Part shown: positions 35,297-43,906 of the stretch, piece after piece
How the letters are laid out: each line of letters begins with the position of its first letter
How positions within the stretch are numbered: the stretch's first letter is position 1
Source of the DNA: Gammaproteobacteria bacterium
GTDB taxonomy: Bacteria > Pseudomonadota > Gammaproteobacteria > Acidiferrobacterales > UBA6901
Length of the DNA stretch: 64,000 nt
Direction: 5' to 3'
Assembly: GCA_028068195.1 (NCBI GenBank)
Contig: JAPTTX010000090.1
Location: 59,856-123,855, forward strand
The notes under the pieces: generated by a model
What the model saw: the letters and a program-made list of their open reading frames with translations, nothing else
The model's database searches: none
Told to the model about the DNA's origin: nothing
Translations under genes and position numbers: made by a program

Positions 35297-36334
35297 TCAA
35301 CGCGCCTCGGTGCTGAGAACACCCCCCAGCAGGCGCGCGGTGACATCCACAATCGAGATGACCTGGTCGTAGGCCATGCGCGTGGGACCGATGACCCCGA
35401 CCGTTCCCACCACGCGCCCGTCCGCTTGATACGGCGCCATGACCACGCTGCATTCATCTAGCGCCTGGTATCCGGATTCACTGCCGATGAACACCTGGAT
35501 GCTGTCGGCATGCATGCTCCGGTCCAGCAGATGCAGCAGGTCGCGCTTGGCGGTAAACGTTTCGAAGAGCTTGCGCAACTTCTCGACGTCGCCGAGATCG
35601 GGAATTTTCAGCAGGTTCGACTCCCCGCTCACCACCAGATCCGGCTCGCCGCTGTCTCCATCCGCAAATACATGGCGCGCCATGTCGGTGGCATTCTTTA
35701 CCGCACGCTGCATCTCATCGCCATCCGACTGCAGATCCGCAAGCAGGCTGCGTCTGATCTCTCTCAGCGGGCGGCCGGAATACCTGTCGTTGAAGCAGTT
35801 CGCGGCCTCCACCAGTTCGGCGGGAGAATAGCGCCGGTCCACCTTGATCACGCGGTTATGAACCCTGCCGCTGCGGGTGACCAGGATGACCAATACCCGG
35901 TCGGCGGCGGGCAGCGACAGAAACTCGATCTGCCGGAAGGCCTCTTCCTGTCTCGGTACCAGCACGATCCCGGCAAGCTTCGTTACCTGGGAGAGCAGCG
36001 ACGAGGCCGATTCCATCAGATGCATGGGATCACCGTCGTAGGACAACTCGTCTCCCAGACGGTAGATTTCGGAGCTGTCGAGCGGCCGCACCGTGAGCAG
36101 GCTGTCGACAAACATTCGGTAACCCAGTGCCGTTGGAACACGGCCCGCCGAGGTATGCGGCGAACGGATCAGCCCGAGATCCTCGAGGTCCGCCATCACA
36201 TTACGGATAGTGGCTGGACTGAGGTCGAGCCCTGCCTGCTTGGAAAGCGTGCGCGAACCGACCGGTTGCCCGTCGGAAATATACCTTTCAATCAGCGCTT
36301 TAAGCAGAACCTCCGCGCGGGGACTCAAAGCCAT
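35297..36334 (-). CDS. hrcA: heat-inducible transcription repressor HrcA
   Basis: MALSPRAEVLLKALIERYISDGQPVGSRTLSK is a typical HrcA N-terminus. The ORF also opens at a GTG at 36349. Confidence 0.94.
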   Translation of the reverse strand: MALSPRAEVLLKALIERYISDGQPVGSRTLSKQAGLDLSPATIRNVMADLEDLGLIRSPHTSAGRVPTALGYRMFVDSLLTVRPLDSSEIYRLGDELSYDGDPMHLMESASSLLSQVTKLAGIVLVPRQEEAFRQIEFLSLPAADRVLVILVTRSGRVHNRVIKVDRRYSPAELVEAANCFNDRYSGRPLREIRRSLLADLQSDGDEMQRAVKNATDMARHVFADGDSGEPDLVVSGESNLLKIPDLGDVEKLRKLFETFTAKRDLLHLLDRSMHADSIQVFIGSESGYQALDECSVVMAPYQADGRVVGTVGVIGPTRMAYDQVISIVDVTARLLGGVLSTEAR

Positions 36335-36355
36335 TTGCACAAAGTTCACTCCAAT

Positions 36356-36382
36356 CTAGCACTCTGAATGCTAGAGTGCTAA
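36356..36382. promoter_or_regulatory. CIRCE operator (HrcA binding site)
   Basis: CTAGCACTC-N9-GAGTGCTAA, compared with the consensus TTAGCACTC-N9-GAGTGCTAA. Lies directly upstream of hrcA. Confidence 0.85.
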
Positions 36383-36545
36383 ATGGAAGCTGTCAACCTG
36401 CGTGTGGCTTGTCAAATCTGCCCCCCATACCGCCTCGGACCAGCCGGGACCCATGACAGGCCCGATCTGGCGATCGGCCTAAAAGCCGGTTTTGGCGGCT
36501 CCATCGCGCCATGATAGTTTATCGTCAGTCACCGGACCCCGAGCG

Positions 36546-37445
36546 ATGCCCAAAGACGAGCGAATCCTGGCGAGAACCATCAAGACTGTCGGACTGTTCA
36601 GCAAGTCCGGGGACCGGTCCGTCAAGGAAGTCCTCGAGCGAATCTACGACTTTCTGCGTGCCCGTGGCCTGGACATCGTCCTGGAAGAAACCACTGCCGG
36701 CCTGCTTGCATCGGCGGCCACCCGCACCGCGGCACCGGACCAAATCGCCCGGGCCGTGGACCTCGCGATCATCATTGGCGGCGACGGCACGATGCTGAAC
36801 GTGGCCCGCCGCCTCGCGCCTCAAGCAGTCCCTCTCATCGGCGTGAACCTCGGCCGCCGCGGCTTTCTCACCGACATCCCGAAGGATAGCGTGCTGGACA
36901 GCCTGGCGTCGGTGCTGGACGGAGACTTCCGCAGCGAGCAGCGCATCATGCTGAATGTCGAACTGCGGCGTGAGGACCGGGTCGTGCATACGGCGAACGC
37001 GCTGAATGACGTGGTCGTCAACAAGGGCCAGCTGGCGCGTCTCATCGAATTCGAGGTGCATGTCGACGGGGAGTTCGTGAGCAGCACGCGCGGTGACGGC
37101 ATCATCGTCGCCACACCCACCGGATCGACTGCCTACGCGCTGTCCGCCGGCGGACCGATACTGCACCCGACGCTGCCGGCGCTCGTGCTCGTGCCGATCT
37201 GCCCGCATACCCTCAGCCACCGGCCGGTGGCAATCAACAGCAGCAGCCGCGTAGAGATCGTGATGATCAATTCGAGCAATCAAAGCGCGTTCCTGACGTT
37301 CGACGGCCAGATGGGACATGCGCTCCAGGACCATGACCGCATCTGCGTGCGCCGTTCCGACCATCCGGTTACGCTGATCCACCCGTCCGACCACAGCCAC
37401 TACGATGTGCTGCGCACCAAGCTGCGCTGGGGCGAGAATTTCTAG
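36546..37445 (+). CDS. nadK: NAD+ kinase
   Basis: ATG at 36546 (MPKDERIL...). GGDGTML and TPTGSTAYALSAGGPI motifs. Confidence 0.94.
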   Translation: MPKDERILARTIKTVGLFSKSGDRSVKEVLERIYDFLRARGLDIVLEETTAGLLASAATRTAAPDQIARAVDLAIIIGGDGTMLNVARRLAPQAVPLIGVNLGRRGFLTDIPKDSVLDSLASVLDGDFRSEQRIMLNVELRREDRVVHTANALNDVVVNKGQLARLIEFEVHVDGEFVSSTRGDGIIVATPTGSTAYALSAGGPILHPTLPALVLVPICPHTLSHRPVAINSSSRVEIVMINSSNQSAFLTFDGQMGHALQDHDRICVRRSDHPVTLIHPSDHSHYDVLRTKLRWGENF

Positions 37446-37446
37446 C

Positions 37447-39126
37447 ATGCTGCGCGAACTGCTCATCCGCGACTTCGCGATCATTCACAGTCTCGAGCTC
37501 GAGCTCGGCCCGGGGCTGACCGTCGTCACGGGCGAGACTGGAGCGGGAAAGTCGATCCTCGTCGACGCACTGGCACTTGCCCTTGGCGGGCGCGCCGACG
37601 CGGCGGCCATACGCCAGGGCTGCGACCGCAGCGAGGTGTCGGCCACCTTTGGACTGCACGCGCGCCAGGATGCCTCACGCTGGCTCGACGATCACGACCT
37701 CACCGCGGACACAAACGAGGAATGCGTGCTGCGTCGCGTCATCGAGTCGGGCAAGCCGTCGCGCGCCTACATCAACGGCCGTCCCGTGCCCCTGCAAATG
37801 CTGCGTGAGCTTGGCGAACACCTCGTCGACATCCACAGCCAGCATGAGCATCAGTCGCTGCTGCGGCGGGATGTGCAGCGCCAGATCCTGGACGACTACG
37901 CCGGTCTCACCGCGGATCTTGCCCGCCTGGCGGATTGCCATGCCCGCTGGAGATCACTGCGGTCGCGGCGCGATGCGATGAGCCGTGAGGGTTCGGACCG
38001 CAATCAGCGGCTGGAGTTGCTGCGGCACGAGGTGAGCGAGCTGCGTGCCCTGGACCTCGGTGCCGACGAGATTGCGCAGCTTGAGGAAGAACATGCCCGT
38101 CTGGCCAACGCAAGCGAGCTCCTTCAGGGCGCGCAGGCGGTCTCGAACTCCCTCTTTGATGATGACCAGATCGCCCTGGCACCGTCGCTCGCCCAGGCGA
38201 TCGGCCGTCTGGAGGCGCTCAGCGAGCACGATGCCAGGCTCGGGGCAATCATGACCCTGTTGGGCGAGGCTGCCATCCGGATAGATGAAGCCGCGAGCCA
38301 GCTGCATCAGTATCTCGACAACCTGGAGCTCGACCCCCAGCGCCTGCATTGGATTGACCAGCGCATTGCCGCTGTGCACGATCTTGCCCGCAAGCACAAA
38401 GTGCGCCCCGAGGAACTGCCGAATGTCCTTGAGCGGCTGGCCACGGAGCTCGGCGATATCGAGAACCATGACGTAAACCTGGAAACGCTCGATCGCGATC
38501 TGGCATCGGCACGCGCGGCGTATTTCGAGATTGCCCGCTCCGTTTCTGCTTCCCGCCAGACTGCCGCGAAGCGCCTTGCGGGTGAGGTGCGGAAACAGAT
38601 GCAGGGCCTGGGGATGCCGGGAGGCGAATTCGAGATCAGGCTGGCCGGGCTGGACGACAGCCAGGCGACCGCGACCGGGCTCGAGCAGGCGGAATTCCTG
38701 GTCAGCGCCAACGCCGGACAGGCGCCGCGGCCATTGAGCAAGGTAGCTTCGGGCGGAGAGCTGTCGCGTATCAGTCTGGCTCTGCAGGTGGCGACGGCGC
38801 GCATCGGCCGCATACCCACCCTGATATTTGACGAGGTGGACGTTGGCATAGGAGGCGGCGTGAGCGAAGTTGTCGGCCTGCAGCTGCGGGCACTGGGAAC
38901 ACAGCGTCAGGTCATATGCATCACCCACCTGCCCCAGGTCGCGGCGCAGGGCAATCATCACATGCAGGTCAGCAAGCGCACCCAGGATGGCCTCACCATC
39001 ACGCGCATCGCCGCCCTCCCGGAAAAGGAGCGCGTCAGAGAAATCGCGCGCATGCTGGGTGGTATGGAGATCACACGCCAGACCCTGGCACTCGCTACGG
39101 ACATGCTTGACCGTGCATCAGCCTGA
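37447..39126 (+). CDS. recN: DNA repair protein RecN
   Basis: MLRELLIRDFAIIHSLELELGPGLTVVTGETGAGKS (Walker A), a long coiled-coil, and the C-terminal ASGGELSRISLAL signature. The ATG lies 1 nt after the nadK stop. Confidence 0.97.
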   Translation: MLRELLIRDFAIIHSLELELGPGLTVVTGETGAGKSILVDALALALGGRADAAAIRQGCDRSEVSATFGLHARQDASRWLDDHDLTADTNEECVLRRVIESGKPSRAYINGRPVPLQMLRELGEHLVDIHSQHEHQSLLRRDVQRQILDDYAGLTADLARLADCHARWRSLRSRRDAMSREGSDRNQRLELLRHEVSELRALDLGADEIAQLEEEHARLANASELLQGAQAVSNSLFDDDQIALAPSLAQAIGRLEALSEHDARLGAIMTLLGEAAIRIDEAASQLHQYLDNLELDPQRLHWIDQRIAAVHDLARKHKVRPEELPNVLERLATELGDIENHDVNLETLDRDLASARAAYFEIARSVSASRQTAAKRLAGEVRKQMQGLGMPGGEFEIRLAGLDDSQATATGLEQAEFLVSANAGQAPRPLSKVASGGELSRISLALQVATARIGRIPTLIFDEVDVGIGGGVSEVVGLQLRALGTQRQVICITHLPQVAAQGNHHMQVSKRTQDGLTITRIAALPEKERVREIARMLGGMEITRQTLALATDMLDRASA

Positions 39127-39625
39127 ATCGCTCCCGCTTCCGATCATTCCCGGCGCGGACATCCCGAACATACGCGCGGCGGCGATTGCCGACGTGCCCA
39201 CCATTCATCACCTGCTGGAAATATACGCGGCTAAAGGCAACCTGCTGCCGCGTACGATGAGCGAGCTGTACCGCCACCTGCGAGATTTCTTCGTCATCGA
39301 AATCGACCACCGCGTGGTGGCGATCGGGGCCCTCGAGATATTCACCGAGGATCTGGGCGAGGTCCGCAGCCTAGTGGTGGATGCAGCCTACGAACGCCGC
39401 GGCCTCGGGCGCCTCATGGTACAGCGCATAATTGCCGAAGCCCGAAAGATCGGACTGCGCCGTGTGATGGCGCTGACCTACGTGCCCGAATTTTTCCACA
39501 AGCTCGGATTCAAGACCGTCTCCATGGGCTCGCTGCCGGAGAAGGTGTGGTCGGTATGCGTAAAGTGCTACAAGTACAACAACTGCGACGAGGTTGCGGT
39601 GCTCCTCGAACTCAAGCAGCCATGA
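39113..39625 (+). CDS. GNAT-family N-acetyltransferase (ArgA-like short form)
   Basis: Acetyl-CoA motif RRGLGRLMVQRI and a C-terminal Cys-containing tail. No in-frame ATG is present. GTG 39113 or TTG 39107, inside the recN 3' end, are the only plausible starts. Confidence 0.8.
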   Translation: MHQPESLPLPIIPGADIPNIRAAAIADVPTIHHLLEIYAAKGNLLPRTMSELYRHLRDFFVIEIDHRVVAIGALEIFTEDLGEVRSLVVDAAYERRGLGRLMVQRIIAEARKIGLRRVMALTYVPEFFHKLGFKTVSMGSLPEKVWSVCVKCYKYNNCDEVAVLLELKQP

Positions 39626-39643
39626 CGGCGGAATTCCGGCATT

Positions 39644-40099
39644 TCAGGCTGCGTTGGTGGTCCGGCCTTTCTTTGAGCAGACTCCGCTCTTCTTCATGCC
39701 TTCGCAGGTGCCGTAGATATACAGGGAGTGTTCTTCCATGATGAATCCGACCTTTTCGGCGATCTTGCGCTGCCGCGCCTCGATGGCTGGATCGTAGAAC
39801 TCGAATACCTTGCCGCATTCCACGCAGACCATGTGATCGTGATGGTGCCCCTGATTCAGCTCGAACACCGCCCTTCCGCCCTCAAAATTATGGCGGATCA
39901 CGAGCCCCGCCGCCTCGAACTGCGTCAGCACGCGGTAGACGGTCGCCAGACCCACCTCCTCGCCCGATTCGAGGAGCGACTTGTAGACATCCTCGGCCGA
40001 CATATGCCGCTCCTGCGCTTCCTCCAGGATGCTGAGGATCTTGAGCCGCGGAAGGGTAGCCTTCAGTCCTGCCTTCTTGAGATCGACACTGTCCGACAT
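39644..40099 (-). CDS. fur: ferric uptake regulator Fur
   Basis: MSDSVDLKKAGLKATLPRLKILSILEE..., HHHDHMVC..CG metal-site motifs. ATG at 40099. Confidence 0.94.
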   Translation of the reverse strand: MSDSVDLKKAGLKATLPRLKILSILEEAQERHMSAEDVYKSLLESGEEVGLATVYRVLTQFEAAGLVIRHNFEGGRAVFELNQGHHHDHMVCVECGKVFEFYDPAIEARQRKIAEKVGFIMEEHSLYIYGTCEGMKKSGVCSKKGRTTNAA

Positions 40100-40200
40100 G
40101 GTTGGCCCCCGGATGCACATTGGATACAGCCGCGCGGTGAATATATCATCGCGCTGGGCTATCATGCCGGAAGTTTAAAACACTTGGCTCCAAATCCAAA

Positions 40201-40575
40201 ATGAGAATAGTTATCGTTGTCTTGCTGCTACTCATTGGCAGCACGCTGAGCGGCTGTTTTTCCGAGTTCAGGATCAGCGTCCCGCAGGGAAACGTCGTGA
40301 CCAGTCACGAAATCGCCCAGCTGAGGCTGGGTATGACGAAGCGCCAGGTCAGATTCGTCTTGGGCACACCGCTTGTCCGGGATCCTTTCAACCCGGGGCG
40401 CTGGGACTATTACAATTCGGTCGCCAAAATGGGCGGAAAGCCGGTTCAGCACCGGCTCACGCTGTTTTTCAAGGGGGACGTGCTGACGAATGCCGAGGGG
40501 GATCTGGCACCAGCCGATCTCAAGGCAGGGAAGCAGCCCGGGCCGTTGCCGGCCACGCACACCTCCTCGTCCTGA
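40201..40575 (+). CDS. bamE: outer membrane protein assembly factor BamE (OmlA/SmpA)
   Basis: Lipobox LSGC and a conserved body (QGNVVTSHEIAQLRLGMTKRQVRFVLGTPL). Divergent from fur, as in Pseudomonas. Confidence 0.88.
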   Translation: MRIVIVVLLLLIGSTLSGCFSEFRISVPQGNVVTSHEIAQLRLGMTKRQVRFVLGTPLVRDPFNPGRWDYYNSVAKMGGKPVQHRLTLFFKGDVLTNAEGDLAPADLKAGKQPGPLPATHTSSS

Positions 40576-40587
40576 AGACCGTTACGC

Positions 40588-40899
40588 TCAGACGGTACGG
40601 CGGTTGGTAGGCCGCTGAAGTCTTGCCCGGTGCCGCCGGGCAGCTTTCGGGTCCACCCGCAGGGCGCGGTAGATTTCAATCCGATCGCCCGCGCGCACAA
40701 TGTCCGTCAAGGACACGATCTCTCCGAATATGCCCACTGCATTGCGCGCGAGATCGATTTCCGGGCAGCACCGCAGAATTCCGCTCTGCTGGATAGCTGC
40801 CAGCACGCTAGTCAGAGGCGCAACCGCGACCGCGATCAGCCATTGATGCGCAGGGGCAGCATATGCCACCTCCGCGTGAACCGATTCATCGCCTGCCAT
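40588..40899 (-). CDS. rnfH: RnfH-family ubiquitin-like protein (UPF0125)
   Basis: 103 aa (..VAYAAPAHQWLIAV....IFGEIVSLTDIVRAGDRIEIYRAL). Its start overlaps the ratA stop. Confidence 0.85.
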   Translation of the reverse strand: MAGDESVHAEVAYAAPAHQWLIAVAVAPLTSVLAAIQQSGILRCCPEIDLARNAVGIFGEIVSLTDIVRAGDRIEIYRALRVDPKAARRHRARLQRPTNRRTV

Positions 40900-41323
40900 A
40901 CAACTGCACTGCGCGCACGCGGAAGCTGTCGACCATTCCGTTGGCAATGTGTTGAAACACCGGACCGACCACCAGACCCAGCATCCTGCTGGAAAACTCG
41001 AATTCCAGGTCGAAGGATACCTTGCAGGCGCGCTCGTCCAGCGGTGTGAAGCGCCAATGGCCGAGGAGATGTCGGAAAGGACCTTCGACGAGACGCATTT
41101 CCATCAGCTCCACAGGGCGCCCGTCGTTGCGCGTGGTAAACGTTTTGTGAATGCCGCCGTAGTCGATGTCGATCGCCGCCGTGACGCTGTCGCCTTCGCG
41201 CTTGAGAACGCGGGCGCCGCCACACCACGGCAAGAACTGGGGATAGGCCTCGATGTCGGCCACCAGCACATACATCTCTGCGGCGCTATACGGCAGCAGA
41301 GCGCTCTTGTGTATGGTCGTCAC
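40886..41323 (-). CDS. ratA: SRPBCC/START-domain protein RatA (ribosome association toxin / Coq10-like)
   Basis: TTIHKSALLPYSAAEMYVLVADIEAYPQFLPWC is a typical N-terminus. No ATG is present. The GTG at 41323 overlaps the upstream stop in a GTGA arrangement. Confidence 0.85.
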   Translation of the reverse strand: MTTIHKSALLPYSAAEMYVLVADIEAYPQFLPWCGGARVLKREGDSVTAAIDIDYGGIHKTFTTRNDGRPVELMEMRLVEGPFRHLLGHWRFTPLDERACKVSFDLEFEFSSRMLGLVVGPVFQHIANGMVDSFRVRAVQLYGRR

Positions 41324-42702
41324 AGAAATATCCGCATGTTGAAGGCGACGATCAGCAGCCAGACAGGAACAGCCAGGCGCGTAAGCCACAACCATGCATC
41401 ATAAGTGCAACGTGACCGCACGGAAAGCGCCTCCCGCGTCATCGCTGTCGACAGCACCCAGGCCGCGAATACCGCAGACAGCACTCCGATCAGAGGCATG
41501 ATGAAACCCGACGTGAGGATCTGCAGAATATCGAACAGTCCGAACGATTCGGTGAGGCCCAGGAAACGGAAGGAGAACTTCCACTCGCTCAAGGAGAGTA
41601 TTGTGACGATGCCGAGCAGCCATGAGCCGATACCGCTCACAATACCCGCCCTGAGCCGCGTCATGCCCCGGCTCTCGATGAGCCAGGTCACCGCGGGTTC
41701 CGCCAGCGCAATGCTCGACATCCAGGCCACGAGCACCAGGAATACTAGAAACACGGTCTCCATCAGTCCGCCCAGAGGCAACACATCGAACGACACCGGC
41801 AACGCCCGGAACACCAGTGCCGGCCCCTGCGTCGGGGTCGCGCCCGCGGCGTAGAGTACCGGCAGGATGACCATGCCGGCCGTAACCGTCGCCGCGATGT
41901 CAATCAGTACCACGACGGTCGCGGCACGCGCGATCGAGGTGCGGTTCGGCACGTAGGCCCCGTACATCATCATGGCGCCAGCCCCAAGACCAAGGCTGAA
42001 AAATGTGTCGCCGAGCGCAGTGAGGATGCCCTGCCCGGACAGTTTGAGAAAATCCGGCGTCACAAAGAACGCCACCGTGTGCACGATATCGCCGTTGAAT
42101 ACGGCGTATACGGCAAGGACGGCCAGCAGTACCAGCAGAACCGGCACGACCAGCCTGGAAACGGCCTCCAGACCGTGGCGTACACCGCGTATCACGACGG
42201 TCATGGTCATCACCATGAACAGGCTGTGCCAGAAAAGCTGCCTCTCCGGATTGCTGACGAAGGCAGAGAAGTCGCTCGCCGCGGAATCGGCACTGAGATT
42301 CTTCAGTAGACCGGCTACCGACCGCACGAGGTAAGCCAGAAGCCAGCCGGCAATGACGCTGTACCAGGACAGGATCAGAAGTCCCGAGGCTACAATCAGC
42401 ATGCCCAGGATCAGCCAGGCACGGGACCGCCGCGTGCGCCGGATCAGGTCATGCATGGTATTGACCGGGGATAACCGCCCGAGCCGCCCCAGCATCAGCT
42501 GGGCGGTAAATAGCGGCAGCCCGAGCAAAAACATGAAAATCACGTAGACCGTGATGAAAGCGCCGCCGCCGTACTGCACGACGTGATAGGGGAACTGCCA
42601 GATATTGTTGAGACTGATGGTAAATCCGGCTGCGGCAAGGACAAATCTCCGGGAAGAAGACCACAGTCCATGCGCGGACCTGGCCGCCCTTATCCGCGCC
42701 AT
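41320..42702 (-). CDS. sodium-dependent transporter, neurotransmitter:sodium symporter (NSS/SNF) family
   Basis: 460-aa polytopic ORF with an N-terminal WSSSRRFVLAAAGFTISLNNIWQFPY motif. Confidence 0.9.
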   Translation of the reverse strand: MARIRAARSAHGLWSSSRRFVLAAAGFTISLNNIWQFPYHVVQYGGGAFITVYVIFMFLLGLPLFTAQLMLGRLGRLSPVNTMHDLIRRTRRSRAWLILGMLIVASGLLILSWYSVIAGWLLAYLVRSVAGLLKNLSADSAASDFSAFVSNPERQLFWHSLFMVMTMTVVIRGVRHGLEAVSRLVVPVLLVLLAVLAVYAVFNGDIVHTVAFFVTPDFLKLSGQGILTALGDTFFSLGLGAGAMMMYGAYVPNRTSIARAATVVVLIDIAATVTAGMVILPVLYAAGATPTQGPALVFRALPVSFDVLPLGGLMETVFLVFLVLVAWMSSIALAEPAVTWLIESRGMTRLRAGIVSGIGSWLLGIVTILSLSEWKFSFRFLGLTESFGLFDILQILTSGFIMPLIGVLSAVFAAWVLSTAMTREALSVRSRCTYDAWLWLTRLAVPVWLLIVAFNMRIFL

Positions 42703-42799
42703 TTCATATTTACCAGGTGAGTGGTCTCAAAATAGGCCCCATGCTGCCTGTTATTATACGATACCATGATCGGTTCATATCGCTCCTGAAGTCCCATCC

Positions 42800-43273
42800 A
42801 TGACCAAAAAACCGGAAAAATCCGCCTCGAGCACCATTGCCCAGAACAAAAAGGCATGGCACGACTACTTCATCGAGGACAAATACGAAGCCGGACTTTC
42901 ACTGGAAGGCTGGGAGGTAAAAAGTCTGCGCGCCGGCCGCGTACAGCTGAAGGAAAGCTACGTCATCGTTAAGGACGGTCAGGTCTATCTCTTCGGCGCC
43001 CATATTTCACCACTCGCCTCGGCTTCCACCCATGTCCATCCCGATCCGACGCGTACCCGCAGGCTGCTGCTACACGCCGAAGAAATCAGCCGGCTTATCG
43101 GCTCCGTGGAACGCAAGGGGTATACGCTCGTACCATTGTCGCTATACTGGAAGCGCGGCCGAGCTAAACTCGAAGTCGGGCTGGCCAAGGGCAAGCAGCA
43201 GCATGACAAGCGCGCGACCCTCAAGGAGCGCGAATCGGAGCGCGAGGCACAGCGGGCCTTGAAATCCCGCTAA
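42800..43273 (+). CDS. smpB: SsrA-binding protein SmpB
   Basis: 157 aa. [34 protein letters not shown] is a typical SmpB sequence. Confidence 0.97.
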   Translation: MTKKPEKSASSTIAQNKKAWHDYFIEDKYEAGLSLEGWEVKSLRAGRVQLKESYVIVKDGQVYLFGAHISPLASASTHVHPDPTRTRRLLLHAEEISRLIGSVERKGYTLVPLSLYWKRGRAKLEVGLAKGKQQHDKRATLKERESEREAQRALKSR

Positions 43274-43388
43274 CTAGCCCCTATTTGTAGAATCGGCAGA
43301 GGAAAATTGCCGGTTTATGCTATGATTTGGCAATCAAGATCAGGCGCAGATCGAGCATCGTGCGCGTGGTGTTTGTATCAGATTCCTT

Positions 43389-43741
43389 GGGGGCGACACG
43401 GCTTCGACGTGGGTCGCGAAACCTCCGGAGCATGCCGAGGTGCAGAGTTCCTCGTAAAACCAGCTGCAAACCAATAGTTGCCAACGACGACAACTACGCC
43501 TTAGCGGCTTAATCCCCGCTAACCTCTCACCCGCGTTTCGCCTGTGGGCCGGACTGAGAGGTCGATCACACAGGATCGCGTAGCCCCGTGCCTGTTGGGT
43601 CTGCGCTAAATCGAAGCAGGCTAAACCTGTCGACACCCTGTCTGTTGGGAGACGGCAGGCGAAAACGATAACAGACTACGCATGTAGAACCGGACGGCGG
43701 AGGACTTGCGGACGCGGGTTCGATTCCCGCCGCCTCCACCA
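43389..43741 (+). ncRNA. ssrA: tmRNA (SsrA)
   Basis: The 5' GGGGGCG pairs with the 3' CGCCUCC-ACCA, with the G3:U identity pair. A tRNA-like T-arm (GGGTTCGATTCCC) is present. The tag reading frame at 43480-43512 encodes ANDDNYALAA followed by a stop. Confidence 0.95.
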
Positions 43742-43774
43742 TTAACTAATCCAACGACATCCAACAACATCCTG

Positions 43775-43810
43775 AAGGCCGCCGAGAGCGGCCTTTTTCT
43801 TGGGTTTTTT
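43775..43810 (+). terminator. rho-independent terminator after ssrA
   Basis: AAGGCCGC-CGAGA-GCGGCCTT stem-loop followed by TTTCTTGGGTTTTTT. Confidence 0.7.
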
Positions 43811-43819
43811 ATCCGATAA

Positions 43820-43906
43820 GGGGTAACATCATCCGATAGCATCCAGTCCTGAAGTGGGGTAACTCTGCGGGGTAACTCCACAATCTGAAAAGGAGTTACC
43901 CCACTT
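43820..43906. repeat. GGGGTAAC(TC) repeats and 14-bp inverted repeat at the integrase 5' end
   Basis: Direct copies at 43820, 43856 and 43869. AAGTGGGGTAACTC (43852-43865) is the perfect inverse of GAGTTACCCCACTT (43893-43906), which overlaps the int ribosome-binding site. Confidence 0.85.
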
